Below are positions 1 to 7,451 of a stretch of 22,311 nucleotides of DNA, in pieces (position 1 is the first letter of the stretch; each line of letters starts with the position of its first letter). The notes beneath the pieces were generated by a model. That model searched no databases. It worked only from the letters and a program-made list of their open reading frames with translations, and had not been told where the DNA came from. Source of the DNA: Acidimicrobiia bacterium (GTDB taxonomy: Bacteria > Actinomycetota > Acidimicrobiia > Spongiisociales > Spongiisociaceae); NCBI GenBank assembly GCA_041576165.1, contig JBFGLM010000067.1:1-22311 (forward strand), written 5' to 3'. The translations under genes and the position numbers were made by a program.

Positions 1-97
1 AACCCGCCGACGGCGCGGCCGCGGACGGGGCAGCTGCCGGCGCGGTGGAGTGCTCGGTGGCCGACCCATTGTCGAACGTATCGAAAACATCGAACAT
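1..97 (-). CDS. 5' end of a probable DNA-damage-inducible gene running off the left edge (MFDVFDTFDNGSATEHSTAPAAAPSAAAPSAG...); possibly a DUF222/HNH (13E12-like) protein
   Basis: Open frame on the minus strand from ATG at 97 to the window edge. ATG is 7 nt after a TATGGT -10 and lies inside an SOS box. The 'MFD/MFE' start within an SOS box is typical of actinobacterial DUF222-HNH genes. Identity cannot be verified from 32 codons. Confidence 0.5.
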   Translation of the reverse strand, partial: MFDVFDTFDNGSATEHSTAPAAAPSAAAPSAG

Positions 98-105
98 ATG
101 TTCGA
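90..105. promoter_or_regulatory. LexA SOS box (actinobacterial type)
   Basis: TCGAAC-ATAT-GTTCGA, a perfect palindrome matching the TCGAAC-N4-GTTCGA consensus. Confidence 0.9.
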
Positions 106-126
106 CCATACCAAACAACCACGACA
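105..126 (-). promoter_or_regulatory. RecA-NDp/PafBC-type promoter
   Basis: Minus strand reads TGTCGT-ggttgtttgg(10 nt)-TATGGT versus the consensus TGTCGG-N10-TANNNT; ATG follows 7 nt later. Confidence 0.65.
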
Positions 127-146
127 GAAAACACCCCCTCGTGCGA

Positions 147-611
147 TCAGGCGGATTCCGCAGTCGCTGGAGGGGGATAGCGATCGCGGACGGTGAATGC
201 GGCAGCCGTCGGCCCGTGATCACGCAGGTGCGTCAATCGTTCGATCGCCCGGGCCGTGGTGGGTTGGTGGCCGGCCGGGACCCACCAAAGGACCAGGTGC
301 GGAGCTTCATGGCCGTCGAACCACTCTGCCCGCCGCCGTAGCACGTCCAGATGGGCCGATTTGTACACGTAGGCTCGAAACGATTCGATCGACTCCCACA
401 CGCTCAAGTTGATGATCACAAGCGGGTCTCCGAACACATCGATCTCAGTGGCATTACCCGACTCGTCCTGGAGGCGCCACACGAATCCGGGGGAGTCCTC
501 TGCCAGCTGATTGATCGGGTCCAGCAATGCCACGAACTCGCTGGTCGCTGGATGATCGATTGGATGAAGAAGCCGCGCGACGTTGAGCTGAGCAATGTGC
601 CAGAGAGCCAT
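147..611 (-). CDS. DUF3291 domain protein
   Basis: HIAQLNVARL, LAEDSPGFVWRL, NLSVWESIESFRAYVY, H..VLRRRAEWF, VLWWVPAGHQPT motifs. Start placed at ATG 611, 8 nt downstream of TAAGGT. Confidence 0.85.
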   Translation of the reverse strand: MALWHIAQLNVARLLHPIDHPATSEFVALLDPINQLAEDSPGFVWRLQDESGNATEIDVFGDPLVIINLSVWESIESFRAYVYKSAHLDVLRRRAEWFDGHEAPHLVLWWVPAGHQPTTARAIERLTHLRDHGPTAAAFTVRDRYPPPATAESA

Positions 612-646
612 GTTCACCAACCTTACGCACCCCGCGGCGCCGGCGC

Positions 647-995
647 TCACTCGCAATGGTCGAGGTACCCGCGGTGTGGGGCGCTCCCGGTCAACACCTC
701 ATAGCCAGTCGCGAATCCGGCACTCGTGCGGTCGGCCAAGGCGACGTGCGGGTAGAGCGGGAAGTCGGACACACCCAAGTCGACAATTTCGGCCGCGTGC
801 TCGATACCTCGGGCCTCCCATGCGAAGCTGGCGTCCTCCCACGTCACCATTCCCCGCATATCCACGAACGCCGCCCGGGAATTCTCGTCCACTTTGCTGG
901 TCGGCCCAGACGTGGGCCAGCTCGTGCAGCAATGCGTGTCGCCGCCACGTGTCCTGAAAGACCGGGCTGTGCTGGAAGTCGGTGTTGACAGCCCT
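647..995 (-). pseudogene. Frameshifted, N-terminally truncated HExxH (zincin-like) hypothetical protein
   Basis: One frame gives ...RRHALLHELAHVWADQQ. An extra A at 893-895 (CAG CAA A GTG) shifts the continuation VDENSRAAFVDMRG...GIEHAAEIV...YEVLTG into another frame. An in-frame TGA lies at 996-998 upstream. Confidence 0.6.
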
Positions 996-1094
996 TCACC
1001 GAGCCTATCGGTTCTTCGTCCAACGTCGATCAAGGGGGTCACTGCGAGCGGCTGACCTGGGTTGCACTGACACGCCGTCCCTATGGTTCACCGG

Positions 1095-1907
1095 ATGTCA
1101 GCGGATGGAACATCCGACCGCACGACGGCTAGAGCCCATCACACTCACACGCGCGCTCTAGCGCGAGCAGCCCTAGTGGCGCTGGCGATCGTCCCGCTCG
1201 GCCATGAGTGGCTCGCCGTTGGGATTCTCGGGACCCTGATCGCGGCCCTCGTCTTGCTGGCCGGGATTCGCCAGGCAGACCGACCGGCGGTGCGGGTGGC
1301 GACACTGACGCTGCTGATGGTCGCGGCCGCCGTGTTAGGGCTTCCCTTCGGCGTCTGGCTGGCGGTCGGGGCCATGTGGCTGGCGAGCAGGCGCTTCGGG
1401 CAGCTTGCGCCCGGCTCCGGCTGGCTGCCAGCGGGCCGCTCCACACCGGCGGCCTGGTGGCTGACCGGGCTCACCGTCACCATCGCCGCCGTCGGGCTGA
1501 CCTGGTGGGCGTTCACGACCGAAGAATTCGGGCCGACGACGTTGGAACTGGTGGAGGCACTGCGAGAGCTCCCCGGCGCTGTTCTCGCCGCGGCGCTCGT
1601 GATCTTCGTGGTCCTCAACGCGCTCACAGAAGAGATCGCGTACAGAGGCTTAGTCTTCGAAGCCGCCTCGGCCGGCTTCGCGCCACCGATCGCCGTGACC
1701 GCGCAGGCAGTCGCGTTCGGAACGCTGCACATCGCCGGCTTCCCCGGTGGCGCCGTCGGGGTGGGCCTCACGTTCTTCTACGGTCTGGCACTGGGCGCCG
1801 TGCGCCACCTGACGGGTGGCATGCGGCTACCGGTCATCGCACACATGGCAGCCGACGCCACCGTGGCCGGGCTGGTCGTTGCCGTCCTGCTTCCTCGATT
1901 CACCTGA
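1095..1907 (+). CDS. CPBP family intramembrane glutamic endopeptidase (CAAX protease/Abi family)
   Basis: Multiple TM segments; EExxxR motif (NALTEEIAYRG), FxxxH (AFGTLH) and HxxxD (AHMAAD). Start 1095 preferred because TATGGT lies 7 nt upstream (alternative 1083). Confidence 0.9.
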   Translation: MSADGTSDRTTARAHHTHTRALARAALVALAIVPLGHEWLAVGILGTLIAALVLLAGIRQADRPAVRVATLTLLMVAAAVLGLPFGVWLAVGAMWLASRRFGQLAPGSGWLPAGRSTPAAWWLTGLTVTIAAVGLTWWAFTTEEFGPTTLELVEALRELPGAVLAAALVIFVVLNALTEEIAYRGLVFEAASAGFAPPIAVTAQAVAFGTLHIAGFPGGAVGVGLTFFYGLALGAVRHLTGGMRLPVIAHMAADATVAGLVVAVLLPRFT

Positions 1908-1921
1908 GCCGGCGCTCTGCC
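1874..1921 (+). repeat. Direct repeat copy 1 (3' end of the CPBP gene plus trailer)
   Basis: ggtcgttgccgtcctgcttcctcgattcacctgagccggcgctctgcc aligns to 2870-2916; the first 16 nt are identical. Confidence 0.85.
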
Positions 1922-1993
1922 GCCTCATGCCATCCGCCTCTGGCCGGATACGGCCGGGAATGACGACACTGGCTATGAGGAAAGGAGGGCTGC

Positions 1994-2785
1994 ATGACAG
2001 CAACCCCCACCCCTCCGATGAGCTGGCACCGACCAGCGCCGGGGCCCGCGAGACCGAGCCGAATCTGGATGGTGGTCACAGCAGGCCTGGCGGTGGTTCT
2101 CGTGCTCGGCTGGCTGGTCCTGTCACGATCCGGTGACGACGGGTTCACTCACGTCTACGAGCTGAACGGCAGCCTCGAGGATGAGAGAGGCGGCGCCGAG
2201 CTGGTAGCAACCGGCGGCACGATCGGACCGAATGGGTTCCTCTTCGAGCGCGGCGATGGCTTGACCGCGAGCGTCGACCTGGGCGAGAGCTTCACCATCG
2301 AGCTTCGGGTGCGTATCGACGAATCAGATCATGGGGTCAAGCTCCTCGACTTCCATGACCTGTGGAGCGACGGCGGCTTCTATGTGTACGAGCAGACGCA
2401 GTTGATGTACTGGTTCTCAGCCGGATGCGCCGGTCGAGTAGACCACCCCCAAGGATGCCCGGAGGGCTACACCCGCCAGCCGTTGGGCGGATTCCCTGAT
2501 GCGGTGGTGCCCGGCTCCTTCATGACGGTCACGCTCGAACGCGACGGGGACACCGGTTTGGTGAGCGTCGACCTCGACGGCATCGCTCAGACCTGGGAAG
2601 TTGTCTATCCGCCGTGGGCCACCCCTGCGGAAGCGACCGAGGTCCGCGTCGAGCACGTCGATGACTTTCTGGGCGAGACTGTTCAAAGGGATGCGAAGCT
2701 CCTCCACATCCTTCTCGACGACCCGTGGACGAGAACCGAAACGGGGAGCGGCGAGCTCGACTACGTCAAGATCGCCGTGCGATAG
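1994..2785 (+). CDS. Membrane-anchored LamG/concanavalin-A-like domain protein
   Basis: Strong RBS AGGAAAGGAGG; N-terminal TM helix; HVYELNGSLED..GG, FTIELRVRID and KLLDF...SDGGFYVY resemble LamG-like jelly-roll domains. Confidence 0.6.
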   Translation: MTATPTPPMSWHRPAPGPARPSRIWMVVTAGLAVVLVLGWLVLSRSGDDGFTHVYELNGSLEDERGGAELVATGGTIGPNGFLFERGDGLTASVDLGESFTIELRVRIDESDHGVKLLDFHDLWSDGGFYVYEQTQLMYWFSAGCAGRVDHPQGCPEGYTRQPLGGFPDAVVPGSFMTVTLERDGDTGLVSVDLDGIAQTWEVVYPPWATPAEATEVRVEHVDDFLGETVQRDAKLLHILLDDPWTRTETGSGELDYVKIAVR

Positions 2786-2827
2786 CCGGGCAGGGTTCAC
2801 GTCGAGGAGGCCCGCAGGAGGCCGAGC

Positions 2828-2852
2828 GTGGGCGCGACCTGGATGCGCCCAC
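2828..2852. terminator. GC-rich hairpin after the LamG-like gene
   Basis: gtgggcgc-N9-gcgcccac inverted repeat between convergent genes; no U-tract. Confidence 0.45.
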
Positions 2853-2869
2853 CGGGGGGAGCTCCGGCA

Positions 2870-2916
2870 GGTCGTTGCCGTCCTGTTTTCCCGATTCGCC
2901 TGACCCGTCGCCTGCC
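2870..2916 (+). repeat. Direct repeat copy 2 (orphan copy of the CPBP C-terminus)
   Basis: ggtcgttgccgtcctgttttcccgattcgcctgacccgtcgcctgcc; reads VVAVLFSRFA* versus CPBP VVAVLLPRFT*. Confidence 0.85.
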
Positions 2917-3573
2917 TCAGACGTAGATGTTGATGTCGGCTCCATCCATGATCGACATGAAGGTGAGGTACTCGACGACCGGCATGTCGTCGAAGATGAA
3001 GTCTTCCGGCTTCACCTTGAACGGTTCGAGCGAGCCGCCGCACACGTAGAACCTCGCCCCCAGCTCGTGCAGCTGGCTGAGTTTTTCCTGGGCGGGAATG
3101 TGACCGGCTTTGGTCATGCCGGCTTGGGCAAAGCGGGTGAACGGGCGCGCCCAGCCTGGCATCTTCGGCCGGAAGCCTCGGGTCACCACCCGCACAGCCG
3201 GTCCCTGGAAGTAGATATGTACGTCAATGCCCTCGAGGGCGGCGCCCAGTGCAAACCCGAGCGGCGACAACAAGTCCAGCAACCCCGCCTGGGAGATGAC
3301 CATCGCGAGTTTCGAATCGCGGGCGATCGGGTGGCCTTTCTCGATGAGAAAGCGGTGGCCGGGCGCGGTTCCTTCCGACGCCAGCAGCGCGTGCCCCACC
3401 GAGCGACACCATGTCGCAATGTCGGACTCGAACGGCTCGAATTCGTCGGTGAGGACCTCCAGCACCTCACCCGCGGACATCTCCTCGAGCGCCTCAGCCG
3501 CTTCGAATACCACGAACGTCGTGATGGTCTTGCCGCGGCCGTCGAGCGACCGATCGGCAGTGATCGTTGTCAT
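2917..3573 (-). CDS. TusA/SirA-like domain fused to a DsrE-family domain
   Basis: N-terminal LDGRG...GEVLEVLTD...DIATWC..GH...FLIEK (TusA fold). C-terminal VHIYFQGPAV...GARFYVCGGS...TF...AD (DsrE/DsrF). RBS GGAGG. Confidence 0.8.
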   Translation of the reverse strand: MTTITADRSLDGRGKTITTFVVFEAAEALEEMSAGEVLEVLTDEFEPFESDIATWCRSVGHALLASEGTAPGHRFLIEKGHPIARDSKLAMVISQAGLLDLLSPLGFALGAALEGIDVHIYFQGPAVRVVTRGFRPKMPGWARPFTRFAQAGMTKAGHIPAQEKLSQLHELGARFYVCGGSLEPFKVKPEDFIFDDMPVVEYLTFMSIMDGADINIYV

Positions 3574-3676
3574 CTTCCACCTCCGCCATTACGGCTGGAG
3601 CACGCAGCCCGGAGGGGCGGGAACACCGCTCCCGGTGGGCCTCGCCCCGAGCCCGCGTGCCTGATCGAACCATCTA

Positions 3677-4591
3677 TCACTGCTGCTGCAGCGGCTCCTC
3701 GACCGGTGCCGGCCGTGCCCGCATACCGCGAATTGCCATGAGGGCCAACGCGCCGGAACCCAGGAATCCGGCGATCAGCACGATCGCAGGACCGAGGGCG
3801 GGGATCAGTCCCACCACGATCAACATGAGCAGGCCCAGGAATGCGGCCAAGTAGGGATGGCCGACTCCGCCTTCTCGGGCTACCACGTACTCGCCCAGCC
3901 GGATCCCGCTCACGAGGAATCCGAGGAAGCCCATAGCCGGGAGGATCACCAGGAAGATCGTGAGCGCGATCGGTATCCCGACGACAGTGGCAAACAGCAG
4001 GCCACCCACGATGGGCAGCGCGATCCACAGGACCAAACCTGCTCCGATGGTGGCGCCGACCTCAGTGGACAGGGTCCGACCCGCGCGGCGGGCGAACTCG
4101 GGAGCCACGGCCGCCATGACCTGGCCGCCGATGAGGACCAGCAGGGCCCAACCGATCGTCAACAAGACACCCAGGAGCCAGAACCCGCTGGCGACCTCCC
4201 AGGCGACCTCTTCTTGGATCGTCCCGCGTACGACGGCGCCGGGATCCCGCATGAGAGTGGCATCGACGGTATAGACGTCGCCGGTAATAACCGTCTCAGG
4301 GCCCAGGGTGGCGTCGCTGCTCACGACGACCAGCGTCTCGACGGTCGCCCCGAGGAACTCGGCGCTCCCGTCGACCACCACGACCGTGTTCGCATCACCG
4401 GCGAAGGTGAGGTCACCGTTGACGACCACGACTACACCGTGGGACTCGCCTTCGGGAACGGTCACATCCCCGTTGACGCGGACCAGGACGCTCTCATCTC
4501 CGGTGTTGGTTGCGGTTTGCGCCCCGGCCGGGCCCGCCAGAATGGATGCCCAGACGAGGGCGGCTATCAGAACGTACATAACTTTGCGCAT
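3677..4591 (-). CDS. Membrane protein with signal peptide, bactofilin/polymer-forming-like beta-repeat ectodomain and a C-terminal multi-TM region
   Basis: Signal peptide ending AGA-Q; V/G-rich repeats (VNGDVTV, VVVVNGDL, ITGDV, VRGTI); about 5-6 TM helices with TVVGIP and LIPALG motifs. Confidence 0.7.
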   Translation of the reverse strand: MRKVMYVLIAALVWASILAGPAGAQTATNTGDESVLVRVNGDVTVPEGESHGVVVVVNGDLTFAGDANTVVVVDGSAEFLGATVETLVVVSSDATLGPETVITGDVYTVDATLMRDPGAVVRGTIQEEVAWEVASGFWLLGVLLTIGWALLVLIGGQVMAAVAPEFARRAGRTLSTEVGATIGAGLVLWIALPIVGGLLFATVVGIPIALTIFLVILPAMGFLGFLVSGIRLGEYVVAREGGVGHPYLAAFLGLLMLIVVGLIPALGPAIVLIAGFLGSGALALMAIRGMRARPAPVEEPLQQQ

Positions 4592-4689
4592 GCATCACCG
4601 CCAGGTTGCTCTCGTTTCACGGTATTCCTGGAGCCGGCAAGCGTTGAGGGCCGTTGGTCACCAACTTGCCCACGGTGGTCGGAGGGCCG

Positions 4690-5136
4690 CTAGTCGGGAA
4701 GGTTGCTTTCGATCAAGAGCCGGAAACGTTTGAGGTTCGCTCGCCAGATCGCCGCCAATATCGGCCGGGCCACCCGCTCACCGATAGGCCCGGCGAAATA
4801 CCAGGGGAAGTACAGCTGCTCGTGCCAGGTGAACCGGGTCTTGACCGGGCCTACCTCTTCCAACCGGAATTCGCCCGTGCCGGTGAACAGGCCCCGGTGG
4901 CTCACGGTGATTCGGCGCGGCTCGTCGATGTCGATTACCTCGATCACGTCGACGGTGCGCAAAGGTCCGACCCGGGTCTCGACTGCCATCGTTGTCCCCA
5001 CGCCCGAGCGCTCGTCCGTCAGGAACTCAATCGAAGCAGCATCGGCCATCCATTCTGTGTGGGACGCGAAGTCGGCCGCGTATTCCCATACCTCTTGGAT
5101 CGGGGCGGCGATTTCCGTTGAGACGACGACGGCCAT
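4690..5136 (-). CDS. SRPBCC (START/polyketide cyclase-like) family protein
   Basis: I.AP..EVW...AD....EW, GVGT, G.GEFRL..., TRFTWHE, NLKRF..L pattern. Confidence 0.85.
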   Translation of the reverse strand: MAVVVSTEIAAPIQEVWEYAADFASHTEWMADAASIEFLTDERSGVGTTMAVETRVGPLRTVDVIEVIDIDEPRRITVSHRGLFTGTGEFRLEEVGPVKTRFTWHEQLYFPWYFAGPIGERVARPILAAIWRANLKRFRLLIESNLPD

Positions 5137-5228
5137 GGACCGACGTTAAACGAGTTGTCGCCTTCGATGGCGCCAAGTGGCCGGGCGCGACTATCGGTTC
5201 CGATCGGGTCACCGGTACTGTTGGGCTG

Positions 5229-6596
5229 ATGCGTCGTTTTCTCTTCACGCTGCTCAGCCTTGTCTTGGTTGCGTCCGCTTGCTCCTCGGGCGACGATTCG
5301 GCACCAACAACCGTGCCCGTCGATGACCTGTCGAACGCAGTGGGGGACCTGACTACATCGACCGTGGCGGCGCCGGAACCTGCTGCGACGTCAACGACGC
5401 AGGATCCGGACTCCGGGATCAGCATCACGACCGAGCCGGCTGGCGGAGTGGAAGTGATCGGGACCTCACTGTCGAGATTCGATGAGCGGTCGATCGACCT
5501 AGAGGTGGGCCGGCCCGCCCCATCCTTCTCCGGCCCCGGCTTCGAGGGGAACCTCATCGAGGTCACGCCCGGAACCCGGCCCATGGTGGTCCTGTTTCTG
5601 GCGCACTGGTGTCCCCATTGTCAGGCCGAGGTCCCCGAGTTGCAGGCCTTTATCGGTGAGAACGGTCTTCCGGAAGGCGTCGACTTCGTGGCCGTGGCCA
5701 CCGCCAACGATGCCAGCCGAGACAACTATCCGGCTGATGAGTGGCTGGAAAGGGAAAACTGGACCCCGGTCACCATCATGGACGACGATGCGTCAAGCAT
5801 CGGCGAGGCATTCGGGCTGAGCGCGTTTCCGTACTACGTGTTCCTAGATGCCGAGGGTTTGGTAGGCGGCCGTTTCACTGGGGGCCAGCCGCCCGAGGTC
5901 ATCGCGTCGGGCATGAGGACCCTGGCCGGCGGTTTCAGCGCAGCGCCCGCAGAGACGACAACTACGACCGCAGCAGCGGCTCCGGAGGCGTCAGGTATCC
6001 CGTCGTCGCAGCTCGAGGCGTTTCGAGCCCAGCCCACTGCGTGTGGAAGTTCGCTCCCGGCTCTGCCTACGAGCGAGCAGTACGTCGAGCCAGGTGATGC
6101 CGGGCTCGCGGGCCCGTCCCAGCTCGTCCTGACCACGTCGTGCGGCGAACTCACCATCGAGCTGGATCTAGAACGCGCCCCGATCACCGTGAATGCCATG
6201 GCTTTTTTGGCTGAGGAAGGGTACTTCGACGGCACTGCCTGCCATCGGTACATCAGCGGGTTTGTTCTGCAATGCGGTGATCCGAGCGCCAGCGGCAGGT
6301 CGGGGCCGGGTTACTTCCTGCCTGACGAGTTCCCAGAAACAGGATTCGTCTATGAGCGTGGAGTCGTGGCGATGGCCAACGCCGGCCCCGGCACCGGCGG
6401 GAGCCAATTCTTCATCGTGACCGGCGACGCGAGCCCGCTTCCCAACCAGTTCACTGTGATCGGCACGGTGGAGCTGTCTGAGGAGTTCCTGGCTTCGCTC
6501 GATTCCCTGCCGCTGGGTGTTGGCTCCTTTGGCGAGACCTCACGACCGCTCGAAACCGTGTACATCGAAGAGGCGGTCGTGTCCCGCACGGGGTGA
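5229..6596 (+). CDS. Lipoprotein fusing a TlpA-like thioredoxin (WCPHC) with a cyclophilin-type peptidyl-prolyl isomerase
   Basis: Lipobox ASA-C; FLAHWCPHCQAEVP plus AFPYYVFLD (cis-Pro); Thr/Ala linker; APITVN, YFDGTACHR...QCGDP...GPGY, MANAGPGTGGSQFFI. Start 5229 is 7 nt after TACTGT. Confidence 0.85.
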   Translation: MRRFLFTLLSLVLVASACSSGDDSAPTTVPVDDLSNAVGDLTTSTVAAPEPAATSTTQDPDSGISITTEPAGGVEVIGTSLSRFDERSIDLEVGRPAPSFSGPGFEGNLIEVTPGTRPMVVLFLAHWCPHCQAEVPELQAFIGENGLPEGVDFVAVATANDASRDNYPADEWLERENWTPVTIMDDDASSIGEAFGLSAFPYYVFLDAEGLVGGRFTGGQPPEVIASGMRTLAGGFSAAPAETTTTTAAAAPEASGIPSSQLEAFRAQPTACGSSLPALPTSEQYVEPGDAGLAGPSQLVLTTSCGELTIELDLERAPITVNAMAFLAEEGYFDGTACHRYISGFVLQCGDPSASGRSGPGYFLPDEFPETGFVYERGVVAMANAGPGTGGSQFFIVTGDASPLPNQFTVIGTVELSEEFLASLDSLPLGVGSFGETSRPLETVYIEEAVVSRTG

Positions 6597-6690
6597 CGAG
6601 GCTGCTTCAGCCCCCTGTGTCCAGGTTCGGGCACTGCGCGAAGTAAGATTGGTATCGCGCTCCAAATTGCCGCAGCCCCGGCGAGGAGAC

Positions 6691-7278
6691 ATGCCCAGGA
6701 CACGCGCGTTCAAGCCAACCGAAGTGGCGGAAAAGGCCATGAACGTCTTTTGGCGTCAGGGCTACGAGGCAACCTCCGTCGAAGATCTGGTCGAAGCCAC
6801 CGGGCTGTCGCGATCATCGATCTATCAGGCGTTCGGGTCCAAGCAGGGACTCTTCGACGCTTCGCTCGAGCGTTATCTCCAGGGTGTCACCCAGCTACTG
6901 GCGCCGCTCCAGGGCGGCACCGGGGGTCTCGACGACGTCGTGGCGTTTTTTGGCGCTTGGCGGCAACTGCTGGTGGATGAGAGCGGCGCGTCGCTCGGAT
7001 GCCTGATGGTCAACTCGATTGCTGAGTTGGCAGCTACCCAACCATGGGTGCGGGAGATCGGCGATTCGTATCAAGTGCGCCTGCGGGATTCGTTTGTGCG
7101 GGCGCTGGCCGTGGCCTCGGATCGGGGTGAGATCCCGGCCGACACGATCAGTCGGCGGGCGGATGTGTTGTCCTGGCTCATGATGGGTCTGTTCATCGCC
7201 GCTCGGGGCCAACCTCCCAAAGTGATCGACGCCTGCATAGAAGAGGCTGTCGCAGAGGTCGCCAGCTGGCGTCAGTGA
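6691..7278 (+). CDS. TetR/AcrR family transcriptional regulator (ComR/NemR-like)
   Basis: MPRTRAF...AMNVFWRQGYEATSVEDLVEATGLSRSSIYQAFGSKQGLF HTH; GCLMVN; RBS GAGGAG. Confidence 0.92.
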   Translation: MPRTRAFKPTEVAEKAMNVFWRQGYEATSVEDLVEATGLSRSSIYQAFGSKQGLFDASLERYLQGVTQLLAPLQGGTGGLDDVVAFFGAWRQLLVDESGASLGCLMVNSIAELAATQPWVREIGDSYQVRLRDSFVRALAVASDRGEIPADTISRRADVLSWLMMGLFIAARGQPPKVIDACIEEAVAEVASWRQ

Positions 7279-7451
7279 CGGTGTCCCGGCCCGCTGGTTG
7301 TAAGAGCGTCAGTGGCGCGGGCGCCTCTTGCCAGACGACTGTCATTGTTCCGCTCTGGGCCTGACCGCTCGGGCCACGGCACCCGCTTTAGGGCTCATTG
7401 CCATTCGCCCTATCCGCGGTGCCTCTGAGTTCGTGGGACAATTCCGTCCCT

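Noticed and set aside
975-1075. GGTGTTGACAGCCC and GTTGCACTGA, vaguely like IS termini, near the truncation point of the HExxH remnant
   Set aside because: No partner inverted repeat, target duplication or transposase fragment visible
1095-1907. CPBP/'Abi' gene as a phage-defence or bacteriocin-immunity system
   Set aside because: The family name alone is not evidence; no toxin, bacteriocin precursor or defence partner nearby
4653-4665. Palindrome GTTGGT-C-ACCAAC upstream of the membrane-protein gene
   Set aside because: Only 6-bp arms, single copy, no regulator assignable
7378-7423. Imperfect hairpin (ggcacc/ggtgcc, tagggc/gcccta) upstream of iscS as a possible riboswitch
   Set aside because: No SAM or T-box signature recognised; it lies upstream of the likely -10 (TGGGACAAT) and is compatible with chance GC pairing or a tetR terminator
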